In this document: in pieces, positions 8,631-19,233 of the stretch | Position numbering within the stretch: the first letter of the stretch is position 1 | How the letters are laid out: every line of letters starts with the position of its first letter | Origin: Acidobacteriota bacterium | GTDB taxonomy: Bacteria; Acidobacteriota; Vicinamibacteria; Vicinamibacterales; UBA2999 | DNA length: 64,000 nucleotides | Direction of reading: 5' to 3' | NCBI GenBank assembly: GCA_020851565.1 | Contig: JADZCN010000020.1 | Coordinates: 2,187 to 66,186 of the forward strand | Program-made: the position numbers and the translations under genes | Notes under the pieces: model-generated | Database searches by the model: none | Told to the model about the DNA's origin: nothing | What the model saw: the letters and a program-made list of their open reading frames with translations, nothing else

Positions 8631-10039
8631 CGCTCCGCCTCCCGCTGCATCGTGGCCCAGAGGGCCTCCACGTCCCCGCGCTCGGTCCGCTCCGCGCCCA
8701 CCGAGACGCGAACCATCCATTGCCCGTCGAGCGTGGCCGGCGTGAGGTAGGCCGCGCCCGAGCGGTTGATGCGATCGCACCAGTCCTGCGTGTGCTTGTC
8801 GAGCGCCGCGGCCCCGAGGCCTGGCGGCTCGTGGCGCACGCACACGGTCTGCAGTGGCACCGGCGCCAGCACGCGCCAGTTGGCGCGGGCCTGCACCTCG
8901 TCTGCCAGCCAGCGCGCGTTCTCCATGTCGCGCCGGAGCCGCGCCTGCAGGCCCGACACCCCCTGCTCGCGAATGAGGAACCACAACTTCAATGCCCGGA
9001 ACCGTCGCCCGAGCGGGATGCCCCAGTCCCGGTAGTTCTTCACGCGGCCGTCTGCCGCGGACTGCAGGTAGCTGGGGTTGGTGGACATCACCCGCACCAG
9101 GTGCTCGGCGTCCTTCACGAAATACACCGAGCAGTCGAAGGCGGCGCCCAGCCACTTGTGCGGGTTGAGCACGATCGAGTCGGCGTCCTCGATGCCGTCC
9201 CACATCCATCGGCATTCGGGCAGCACCATGGCGGAGCCGGCCATGGCGGCGTCTACGTGCAGCCAGAGGCCGTGGCGGCGCGCGACCTCCGCGATGCCGG
9301 CCACGGGGTCCAGCGCCGTGGTGGTGGTCGTGCCCGTCGTGGCCACGACAGCACAGGGCACGAGGCCGCGCTCGCGATCGTCGCGGATGGCCTGCTCCAG
9401 CGCGTCGGGCCGCAACGCGTAGTTCGTGTCGTGCGGCACGTGCCGGATGTTGTCCCGGCCGAACCCGGCCAACAGCGCCGCCTTGTCCACCGAGCTGTGG
9501 CTGTGCGCGGAGGCGTAGACGACCAGCGGCGCCACTTCCGCCTGCAGCCCGCCGTGACTGGCGCCGTGACCGGTGGACCGCTCGCGCGCGCAGATGAGCG
9601 CGAGAAGCGTGCAGGTGGACGCCGTGTCCTGGATGACGCCGTCCCACGCGTCCGAGAGGCCGAGCATCTGGCGCAGCCAGCCGGTGGCGACCTCTTCCAC
9701 TTCGCTCAAGGCGGGGCTCGACTGCCAGGCCAGGCCGAGGACGCCGAGGCCGGTGCTGACGTAGTCCCCCAGCACGCTGGCGAGCGAGCCGTTGCAGGGG
9801 AAGTACCCGAAGAAGCGTGGGTGCTGCCAGTGCGAGAGCCCGGGCACGATGATGCGGTCGAGATCGTTGAGCATGGCGGCGAAGGGCTCGGGATGCTCGG
9901 GCGGATGGGCCGGCAGCTGCGCCTTCACGGCGCCGGGCTCGACCTGGGCCATGACGGGGTGCTGCTCGATCCGCTCCCGGTAGTCGGCCACCCAGTCCAC
10001 GACGGCGTGGCCGAAGCGGCGAAATTCGTCGGGGGTCAT
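8627..10039 (-). CDS. PLP-dependent group II decarboxylase (aromatic-L-amino-acid decarboxylase-like)
   Basis: PLP-lysine motif LNPHKW, SAHSHSSVDKA, catalytic loop KNYRDWGIPLGRRFRALKLWF. Start ATG 10039 (MTPDEFRRFG). Confidence 0.85.
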   Translation of the reverse strand: MTPDEFRRFGHAVVDWVADYRERIEQHPVMAQVEPGAVKAQLPAHPPEHPEPFAAMLNDLDRIIVPGLSHWQHPRFFGYFPCNGSLASVLGDYVSTGLGVLGLAWQSSPALSEVEEVATGWLRQMLGLSDAWDGVIQDTASTCTLLALICARERSTGHGASHGGLQAEVAPLVVYASAHSHSSVDKAALLAGFGRDNIRHVPHDTNYALRPDALEQAIRDDRERGLVPCAVVATTGTTTTTALDPVAGIAEVARRHGLWLHVDAAMAGSAMVLPECRWMWDGIEDADSIVLNPHKWLGAAFDCSVYFVKDAEHLVRVMSTNPSYLQSAADGRVKNYRDWGIPLGRRFRALKLWFLIREQGVSGLQARLRRDMENARWLADEVQARANWRVLAPVPLQTVCVRHEPPGLGAAALDKHTQDWCDRINRSGAAYLTPATLDGQWMVRVSVGAERTERGDVEALWATMQREAER

Positions 10040-10052
10040 TCGGAGATCATAC

Positions 10053-10093
10053 GGGTCTTGGGGTCTTGAGGTCTTGGGGTCTTGGGTCTTGGG
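10053..10093. repeat. GGGGTCTT-family tandem array (5 units)
   Basis: gggtcttggggtcttgaggtcttggggtcttgggtcttggg in the divergent gap, 14 nt from the decarboxylase ATG. Confidence 0.9.
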
Positions 10094-10158
10094 CAAGATG
10101 CGGCTACGATGGGCAGCTGCCGGTTCCACTGGCAACCGGCTCAACAGGAGGACGTACT

Positions 10159-10815
10159 GTGAAGCATATGACTTGGGCGGTGGCAGCCGCTCTGGCGGTG
10201 GGGGTGGGCGCACACGTGCTCGGCGCGCAGGGCGCGGCGCAGGCGCATCCGCAAATGAGCTTCTTCATCACGAGCGCGGGCTCGGGCGACGGCGCCAACC
10301 TCGGCGGCCTCGCGGGCGCCGACGCGATTTGCCAGAACCTGGCGAAGGCGGTGGGCGCGGGTAACAAGCAGTGGCGCGCCTATCTCAGCACCCAGGGCGC
10401 CAACGCGGTGAACGCCAAGGACCGCATCGGCCCGGGCCCCTGGTTCAATTCGAAGGGCGTGCAGATTGCGGCCAACGTGGCGGAACTGCACTCCGACAAG
10501 AACAACCTGACGAAGGAGACACAGCTTACCGAGAAGGGCACCGTCGTGAACGGGCGCGGCGACACGCCGAACCAGCACGACATCCTGACGGGCTCGAACC
10601 TGGATGGCACTACGTTCCCGGCCGGCGAGGACCACACGTGCAACAACTGGACGAGCAACAGCACCGGTTCGGCGCAGGTGGGCCATCACGACCGCCAGGG
10701 GGGCGGCGCCAACCCGACCTCCTGGAACAACGCGCACGCCTCGAAGGGCTGCAGCCAGCAGAACCTGATCGCGACCGGCGGCAACGGCTACTTCTACTGC
10801 TTCGCGGTGAAGTAG
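10159..10815 (+). CDS. secreted 4-Cys protein with endostatin-like (collagen XV/XVIII C-terminal, C-type-lectin-fold) landmark pattern
   Basis: AGGAGG at 10146-10151, GTG 10159 (ATG 10168 alternative). Signal peptide MTWAVAAALAVGVGAHVLGAQG. Landmarks GLAGADAICQ...WRAYLS, TCNNWTS, GCSQ, YFYCFAVK. Confidence 0.6.
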   Translation: MKHMTWAVAAALAVGVGAHVLGAQGAAQAHPQMSFFITSAGSGDGANLGGLAGADAICQNLAKAVGAGNKQWRAYLSTQGANAVNAKDRIGPGPWFNSKGVQIAANVAELHSDKNNLTKETQLTEKGTVVNGRGDTPNQHDILTGSNLDGTTFPAGEDHTCNNWTSNSTGSAQVGHHDRQGGGANPTSWNNAHASKGCSQQNLIATGGNGYFYCFAVK

Positions 10816-10911
10816 GGGCTTGGGGCTTGGGGCTTGGGACTTGGGAACTGGGACATTGGTCCCAAGACTCAGGGCCCAAGACCCAAGTCCCAAGTCCCAA
10901 GACTCAAGACC
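10815..10911. repeat. palindromic GGGGCTTG / CAAGTCCC array (imperfect long hairpin, likely bidirectional terminator)
   Basis: G-rich units 10815-10860 meet their reverse complement 10861-10911 around GGGAC-ATTG-GTCCC. Spans exactly from the stop at 10813-10815 to the stop at 10904-10906. Confidence 0.85.
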
Positions 10912-11287
10912 TCTTGATCGCCGTCACCTCGATCTCGATCTTCATCCGCGGGTCCGACAGCCCGGCCTCGATCATCGTCGCGGCCGGGCGCACCTCGCCG
11001 AACACCCTTCGCAGCACGGGCCAGCACTGCGGGAAGTCGTCCGCATTCGGCAGGATGTAGTGCACCCGCACGACGTCGACCAGCGATGATCCCGCCTCGC
11101 CAAGCGCCGCCGCGATGTTCCTGAGCGTCTGCTCGGTCTGCGCCGCCAGATCGTCCGCGATGGTCATCGTGGCGTAGTCGAAGCCCGTCGTGCCTGACAC
11201 GAAGACCCACTCGCCCACGACCACAGCGCGGGAGTATCCGATCTCTTTCTCGAACGTGGAGCCGGAGCTGATTAGCTGGCGTTTCAT
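10904..11287 (-). CDS. RidA family protein
   Basis: 127 aa. YjgF/RidA pattern GYSRAVVVGEWVFVSGTTG ... IEIEVTA. Confidence 0.9.
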   Translation of the reverse strand: MKRQLISSGSTFEKEIGYSRAVVVGEWVFVSGTTGFDYATMTIADDLAAQTEQTLRNIAAALGEAGSSLVDVVRVHYILPNADDFPQCWPVLRRVFGEVRPAATMIEAGLSDPRMKIEIEVTAIKRS

Positions 11288-11375
11288 GGTTCTGGGGTTC
11301 TGGGGTTCTGAAGTTCTCGGGTTCTCGGGTTCTCAGGTTCTCAGGTTCTCAGGTTCTCGGGTTCCCGGGTTCTGG
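11288..11375. repeat. GGTTCTSR 8-mer tandem array (11 units)
   Basis: ggttctgg ggttctgg ggttctga agttctcg ggttctcg ggttctca ... begins at the base next to the ridA ATG. Confidence 0.9.
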
Positions 11376-11398
11376 CGACTCACGTTGTCAGCGTTCGG

Positions 11399-11473
11399 CC
11401 CCAAGATCTCAAGACCCCAGGACCTCAAGTCCCCAACCCAAGCCCCATGTCGCACGTCCCAAGCCCCACGTCC
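11399..11473. repeat. CCCAAGAC-family (reverse complement of GGGGTCTT) degenerate array
   Basis: ccccaagatctcaagaccccaggacctcaagtccccaacccaagcccc...cccaagcccc ends at the stop codon of the 11474 gene. Confidence 0.85.
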
Positions 11474-12724
11474 CTACGGCACCATCGCCTGGTGCACGAG
11501 TGTCTGGAACTTCGAGCGGATGTCCGTGGTGTTCGGGATCTGGTTCAGCATCAGCACCATCACGACGCCGCTCGACGGGTCCACGCGGTACACCGAGCCG
11601 TAGGCGCCGCCCCAGCCGAACGCGCCCACCGGGTCCAGGCCGCTTCCGCCCACCTGCTCCGTCGTCTCGAACGCGAGGCTCCAGCCGAGGCGCGGGCCGT
11701 TGTGCAGCAGGCCCGACTGGTTGTGCGTCATGAGCGCCACGGTCCGCGGCGAGAGCAGCCGCACGCTCCCAAGCGCGCCGCCGTTCCTGACCATCTCCAG
11801 GAAACGGGCGTAGTCGCGCGCTGTGGACACGAGACCCGCCCCGCCCGCGTAGTTCTTCCGTGGGCCCTCCAGGTAGTGCCCCTGCCCCCGCGCCCCGTCC
11901 GGCGCACGCTCGACCGTCCCGCCGGGGCCGCTCGCATACACCGTCACGAGCCGATCCTTCTTCTCCTGTGGCAGGAAGAAGTGCGTGTCGGTCATCCCGA
12001 GCGGTCCGAGGATACGCGCGCGGAAGAATTCGTCCAGTGACATGCCCGCTGCTTTCTCGACGACGCAGCCGAGGATGTCGGTGTTGTAGCCGTAGACCCA
12101 CTCCTCACCGGGGTGTGCCACGAACGGCAGGCTCGCGAGCCGCTCCATGGTCCCGCATACGGGCTCGTCCTTGTCCGCGGTGTACCAGCCGAAGCCGGCG
12201 GCGGGCCCGAGTCCTTTCGCCTCGTAGCGTTTCGCCACGTCCGTGCCGGTGCCATACGAGATACCCGCGGTGTGCGTCAGCAGGTCGGTGATGGTGATGG
12301 CGCGCTTCGCCGGAACGACCTGGACGACGCCGCCTTTCTTCTCGGCGACGGTCGTCTTCGCGTATGCGGGGATGTAGCGGCTCACCGGATCGGTCAGGCC
12401 GATCTTCCCTTCCTCGACGAGCATCAGCACCGCCACGCTGGTGATGGCCTTGGTCTGCGACGCGATCCGGAAGATGCTGTCCGGCGTCATGCGGGCGCCG
12501 CCGTCCTTGTCGCGCCAGCCCACCGCCCGCTCGTAGACGGGCTTGCCGTCCTCGAGCACGAGCGCCACCGCGCCGGCGATGCGGTTCTCGTCCACGTATT
12601 GCTGCAGCACTGCATCCAGCCGCGACAGCCGCGCCTGATCCACGCGCAGGTCCATCGCGTGCTGCGCCGCGGGCCGCGCGGTGACGATGAGGACGAGGGC
12701 GGCGATCAGCGAAATCCGGCGCAT
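11474..12724 (-). CDS. serine hydrolase (beta-lactamase/PBP4* family), exported
   Basis: Start trimmed to MRRISLIAALVLIVTARPAAQ (GGAGG upstream). Motifs FRIASQTK (SxxK) and beta-lactamase-family C-terminus. Paralogue of the 63331 gene. Confidence 0.85.
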   Translation of the reverse strand: MRRISLIAALVLIVTARPAAQHAMDLRVDQARLSRLDAVLQQYVDENRIAGAVALVLEDGKPVYERAVGWRDKDGGARMTPDSIFRIASQTKAITSVAVLMLVEEGKIGLTDPVSRYIPAYAKTTVAEKKGGVVQVVPAKRAITITDLLTHTAGISYGTGTDVAKRYEAKGLGPAAGFGWYTADKDEPVCGTMERLASLPFVAHPGEEWVYGYNTDILGCVVEKAAGMSLDEFFRARILGPLGMTDTHFFLPQEKKDRLVTVYASGPGGTVERAPDGARGQGHYLEGPRKNYAGGAGLVSTARDYARFLEMVRNGGALGSVRLLSPRTVALMTHNQSGLLHNGPRLGWSLAFETTEQVGGSGLDPVGAFGWGGAYGSVYRVDPSSGVVMVLMLNQIPNTTDIRSKFQTLVHQAMVP

Positions 12725-12785
12725 GGGGAGACCTCCTGTGGCGAACGCGTGTAACGCTGGCGGCAGGGCACGACTGGTCAGCGCC

Positions 12786-13748
12786 TCAGCGCGCGAGCGC
12801 GGTGGGATCGATGCCCCTGCCGTGGGTGTAGCTGGCCCCGACCGCACCCACGACCGCCGTCTGCCGCGTGAGGCCCGCGAGCTGGCGCAGGCGGTAGAGC
12901 GCCTCGATGCCCGTGCAGTGCGCCCCCAGCAGGTGCCGCACGCCGAACTCCTTCAGCTTTCCAGCGGTCCAGGCCAGCGTCTCGTCGCTGGCCGCGAACA
13001 GGTGGAACCCGCCGATCGCCGTCACGACAGGCGCGGCCCGCACGGCCTTGCGCGCGTGCTCCATGCTGTTGATGATGCCCGCGTGCCCGCACCCGCTGAT
13101 GAGCACGAGGCCGTCGGCGGTGTCGATGACCAGCGAGGTGTCCTCCGGCACGTTGTCCTCGACGAGACCGTCGGGCGTCTGCACGCGGCCGCTCACGCTC
13201 CAGTTGCGCTCCGGGTGCACGCGCGGCACCGGTCCCAGCATCGTCACGCCAGGCATGAGCGTGGCCGGGCCCGCGTGCTCGACGAACACGCCGCCCGTGG
13301 CCTCGTACTGCGCCTTGAGGGGCAGCAGCCCGTTGCCCTCGCGCCCGTTGGGGCCGGGGCGCGGATAGAAGATGCCCTGCGGCACGTGCACGCGCGAGAG
13401 CGCCTTCGGGTTCTTCTTCGCCAGCTCGCGCCGGAGGACGAGCAGCCCGCCCGTGTGATCGGCGTGATTGTGCGTGATGACGAGGTCGGTGATGGACGCG
13501 AGGTCCACCTTCAGCTCCCCGGCGTTCGCGAGCACCGTCTCGGCGCGCGCGCCCGTATCGATGAGCAGGCGCTGGCCATCCACCTCGAGGACGGCGGCAA
13601 ACCCCCACTCCCCCACGCCGGCGTTGGCATTGCCGACGAGCATGGTGGAGAGAACGGTGACCTTCACGTCGGTCGCACGGGCCGCATGGGCAACGGTGGG
13701 ACCGGCCAGAATCGGCGAAACCAGCAGCAACACCAATACGCGCGACAT
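12786..13748 (-). CDS. MBL-fold metallo-hydrolase, exported
   Basis: Start MSRVLVLLLVSPILAGPTVAHA (GGAGG upstream). HxHxDH motif ITHNHADHTGG. Confidence 0.85.
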   Translation of the reverse strand: MSRVLVLLLVSPILAGPTVAHAARATDVKVTVLSTMLVGNANAGVGEWGFAAVLEVDGQRLLIDTGARAETVLANAGELKVDLASITDLVITHNHADHTGGLLVLRRELAKKNPKALSRVHVPQGIFYPRPGPNGREGNGLLPLKAQYEATGGVFVEHAGPATLMPGVTMLGPVPRVHPERNWSVSGRVQTPDGLVEDNVPEDTSLVIDTADGLVLISGCGHAGIINSMEHARKAVRAAPVVTAIGGFHLFAASDETLAWTAGKLKEFGVRHLLGAHCTGIEALYRLRQLAGLTRQTAVVGAVGASYTHGRGIDPTALAR

Positions 13749-13857
13749 CGAACGCCTCCGGAAGTTGGCGCGAATTGTCCCACAGAACCGGATCCGCGTG
13801 CAGCGGGCCGCGTCCAACCGCGGCTCGGTGACGTCTGAAGAGGGAGCGAGGCGCACC

Positions 13858-14517
13858 ATGTCCCCACTCCAGTCTTCAGTCCATCGCCAGTCCGCTCCGC
13901 GCGCCGCCCGGGCGACGCGACTGGCCGTCTTCCTGGCCCTGCTGGCGGGCTGTTCGTCCCTGGCGGCACAGGACAACGCCGCCGACGCGCGCCGGATCGT
14001 CGAGCACCTGCAGGTGAAGCCGGGCATGACGCTGGCGGAGATCGGCGCCGGATCGGGCGAGCTGACGGTGGCGCTCGCCAGGGCCGTGGGAACCGATGGC
14101 CGCCTCTACAGCAACGAGATCAGCGACAGCCGTCGCGTCGCCATCCGGGCCGCGGTGGCACACGCGGGTCTTTCGAACGTCACCGTCATCGAGGGCGCGG
14201 CCGGGGGCACCAACCTTCCCGACGCCTGCTGCGACGGCATCTTCATGCGGGACGTCTACCACCACTTCGCCGAGCCGGGACCGATGAACCAGAGCCTGTG
14301 GCGGGCGCTCAAACCCGGGGGACGGCTGCTCATCATCGACTTCCCGCCGAGGCGCGGCCGCGAGGCCACCTCATCGGCCGATCGTGACGAAGGCAGCAGC
14401 CACGGCGTCTCGGCCGCCAGCGTCGAGCGGGAACTTCGTGAGGCGGGGTTCGAGATTCTCTCCACGGAGGATCGGCCGTCCGGCCGCTGGTTCATGGTCG
14501 TCGGGAGAAAGCGCTGA
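13858..14517 (+). CDS. class I SAM-dependent methyltransferase with lipoprotein signal
   Basis: ATG 13858. Lipobox FLALLAGCSS. SAM motif I LAEIGAGSGELT, post-I and motif II (CCDGIFMRDVYHH). Confidence 0.8.
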   Translation: MSPLQSSVHRQSAPRAARATRLAVFLALLAGCSSLAAQDNAADARRIVEHLQVKPGMTLAEIGAGSGELTVALARAVGTDGRLYSNEISDSRRVAIRAAVAHAGLSNVTVIEGAAGGTNLPDACCDGIFMRDVYHHFAEPGPMNQSLWRALKPGGRLLIIDFPPRRGREATSSADRDEGSSHGVSAASVERELREAGFEILSTEDRPSGRWFMVVGRKR

Positions 14518-14557
14518 CCTCTCGCCGGCCACGGAACCGGGCTATCCGGGCCTCGGC

Positions 14558-14932
14558 CTACGAAGAGGTCGCGAACAGGTATCCGAAGCTGGCCGCCAGG
14601 ACGACTTCAATCACGACGGCGCTCCACACGAAGGGCCCCACGACACCGGTGAGCACGCCGACCAGGCTCAGCACGGCCATGATCGCCGTCGCGGCCGTCC
14701 CTCCCGCCAGGATGGCCCTCCGGACCGACGATGGCTCGGACGTGCGGGCCATCCACAGGATGAGCGCATAACCGAAGAAGAGCGCGCCGTAGCGGCGGGA
14801 CATGTACACCGTGATAGCGTCGCCCTGCACGCCCCACGATGCGAGCATGGCCTGCGGAACCGCGGTCCAGACGACCCCGAGCATCAGCGTCAGGACGGCG
14901 GTCACCGAGAACAGGTTCCTGACGGTCGTCAT
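14558..14932 (-). CDS. small integral membrane protein (4 TM), unknown function
   Basis: Start trimmed to MTTVRNLFSVTAVLTLMLGVVW. Hydrophobic helices throughout, 124 aa. Confidence 0.6.
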   Translation of the reverse strand: MTTVRNLFSVTAVLTLMLGVVWTAVPQAMLASWGVQGDAITVYMSRRYGALFFGYALILWMARTSEPSSVRRAILAGGTAATAIMAVLSLVGVLTGVVGPFVWSAVVIEVVLAASFGYLFATSS

Positions 14933-15016
14933 GCGCCAGCGAGTATGGCACAGGCACGCGCCGGACCATGTGGCCCGCCAGGTCGCAGGTAGAATCTCCG
15001 GGTCACGGAGGACCCG

Positions 15017-18367
<3,351 letters not shown>

Positions 18368-18489
18368 GCCTGCGGTGGGCGGCGCTTCGCGCCCATAGGC
18401 GCCGCTCACGCGGCGTGGGCGGCTGGGTAGCCCGGCGTTGGCGCGCCGTAGGCGCCTCCCACCAACGGCCTGCGGCCCGTTGGCGGCAC
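18368..18489. repeat. GC-rich degenerate spacer repeat (GTGGGCGG / TAGGCGCC words)
   Basis: Fills the whole convergent gap. Contains GTGGGCGGCGCTTCGC (18375-18390), the reverse complement of a 16-mer at 52844-52859. Confidence 0.7.
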
Positions 18490-19146
18490 CTACCGCGGCG
18501 CGCCGTCCTCCAGCCCCGCCAGACGGGCCACCTCGAGGAATTCGGCCAGGATCATGGCCGTGGCGCCCCACACCTTTTCCCCCTCCACAGCGAAGTAGGG
18601 CACCTCCACGGGCTGCGGGGCCCCGCCGCGCCGGAGCAAGCGCGTCTCGCGCGCGACTGTCGCCGGGTCCGCCAGCCGGCCAAGGGGTACCTCGAGCAGG
18701 CGCGCCACCTCGTACTCGGCTGGCCGGAAGGACGGACGCCGGCCCGCGATGCCCACGATCGGGTGGAGAAGGAAACCGCTGACGGGGATGTGGAGCGGGG
18801 TGAGCGCCCCCAGGACGTGCACCGCGGAGCGGTCCACGCCTACCTCCTCGGCGGCTTCGCGGAGGGCAGCCATCTCGAACGACTCGCCGGGGTCCACGGC
18901 CCCGCCGGGCAGCGACACCTGGCCGGTGTGGGTCCGCAACCCGCCGCCGCGCACGGTGAGCGGCAGGTGGAGGCCGCCTTCGTCGTGGGGATAGACGAGC
19001 ACGAGGGCGGCGGCTGGCCGGAGGCCTTCGGGGAGGCGATAGGGATCCCAGCCCGCGCGGGGGCTCGGCGCCAGGCGCAGCTGTGCGTCGAGGCCTGGCA
19101 GTGGCGCCTCGAGCACCCGTCGCAGCCGTGAGGCCACCCCATCCAC
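18490..19146 (-). CDS. NUDIX hydrolase (CoA pyrophosphatase-like)
   Basis: Nudix box GGAVDPGESFEMAALREAAEEVG. No in-frame ATG, so GTG 19146 (or 19137) was chosen. The rest of the 543-aa listed ORF is not supported. Confidence 0.7.
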   Translation of the reverse strand: MDGVASRLRRVLEAPLPGLDAQLRLAPSPRAGWDPYRLPEGLRPAAALVLVYPHDEGGLHLPLTVRGGGLRTHTGQVSLPGGAVDPGESFEMAALREAAEEVGVDRSAVHVLGALTPLHIPVSGFLLHPIVGIAGRRPSFRPAEYEVARLLEVPLGRLADPATVARETRLLRRGGAPQPVEVPYFAVEGEKVWGATAMILAEFLEVARLAGLEDGAPR

Positions 19147-19233
19147 GAAATCCAGCCTACCAGACTGGACGGACGGATCCTGTGCAGGCGAAGCGCGGAT
19201 TCCATCGCGCGCACGCGCGCGCTTGGCCGTAGA

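Noticed and set aside
7254-9647. The 797-aa ORF as a single large protein
   Set aside because: Only the C-terminal 458 aa (from ATG 8630) is ALDH-like. The N-terminal extension is Arg/Gly-rich and overlaps the decarboxylase gene in another frame.
8627-10039. Decarboxylase acting as an aromatic aldehyde synthase that feeds the adjacent ALDH directly
   Set aside because: The catalytic-loop Tyr (KNYRDW) and active-site His (HSHSS) that define true decarboxylases are retained. Aldehyde synthases characteristically replace one of them.
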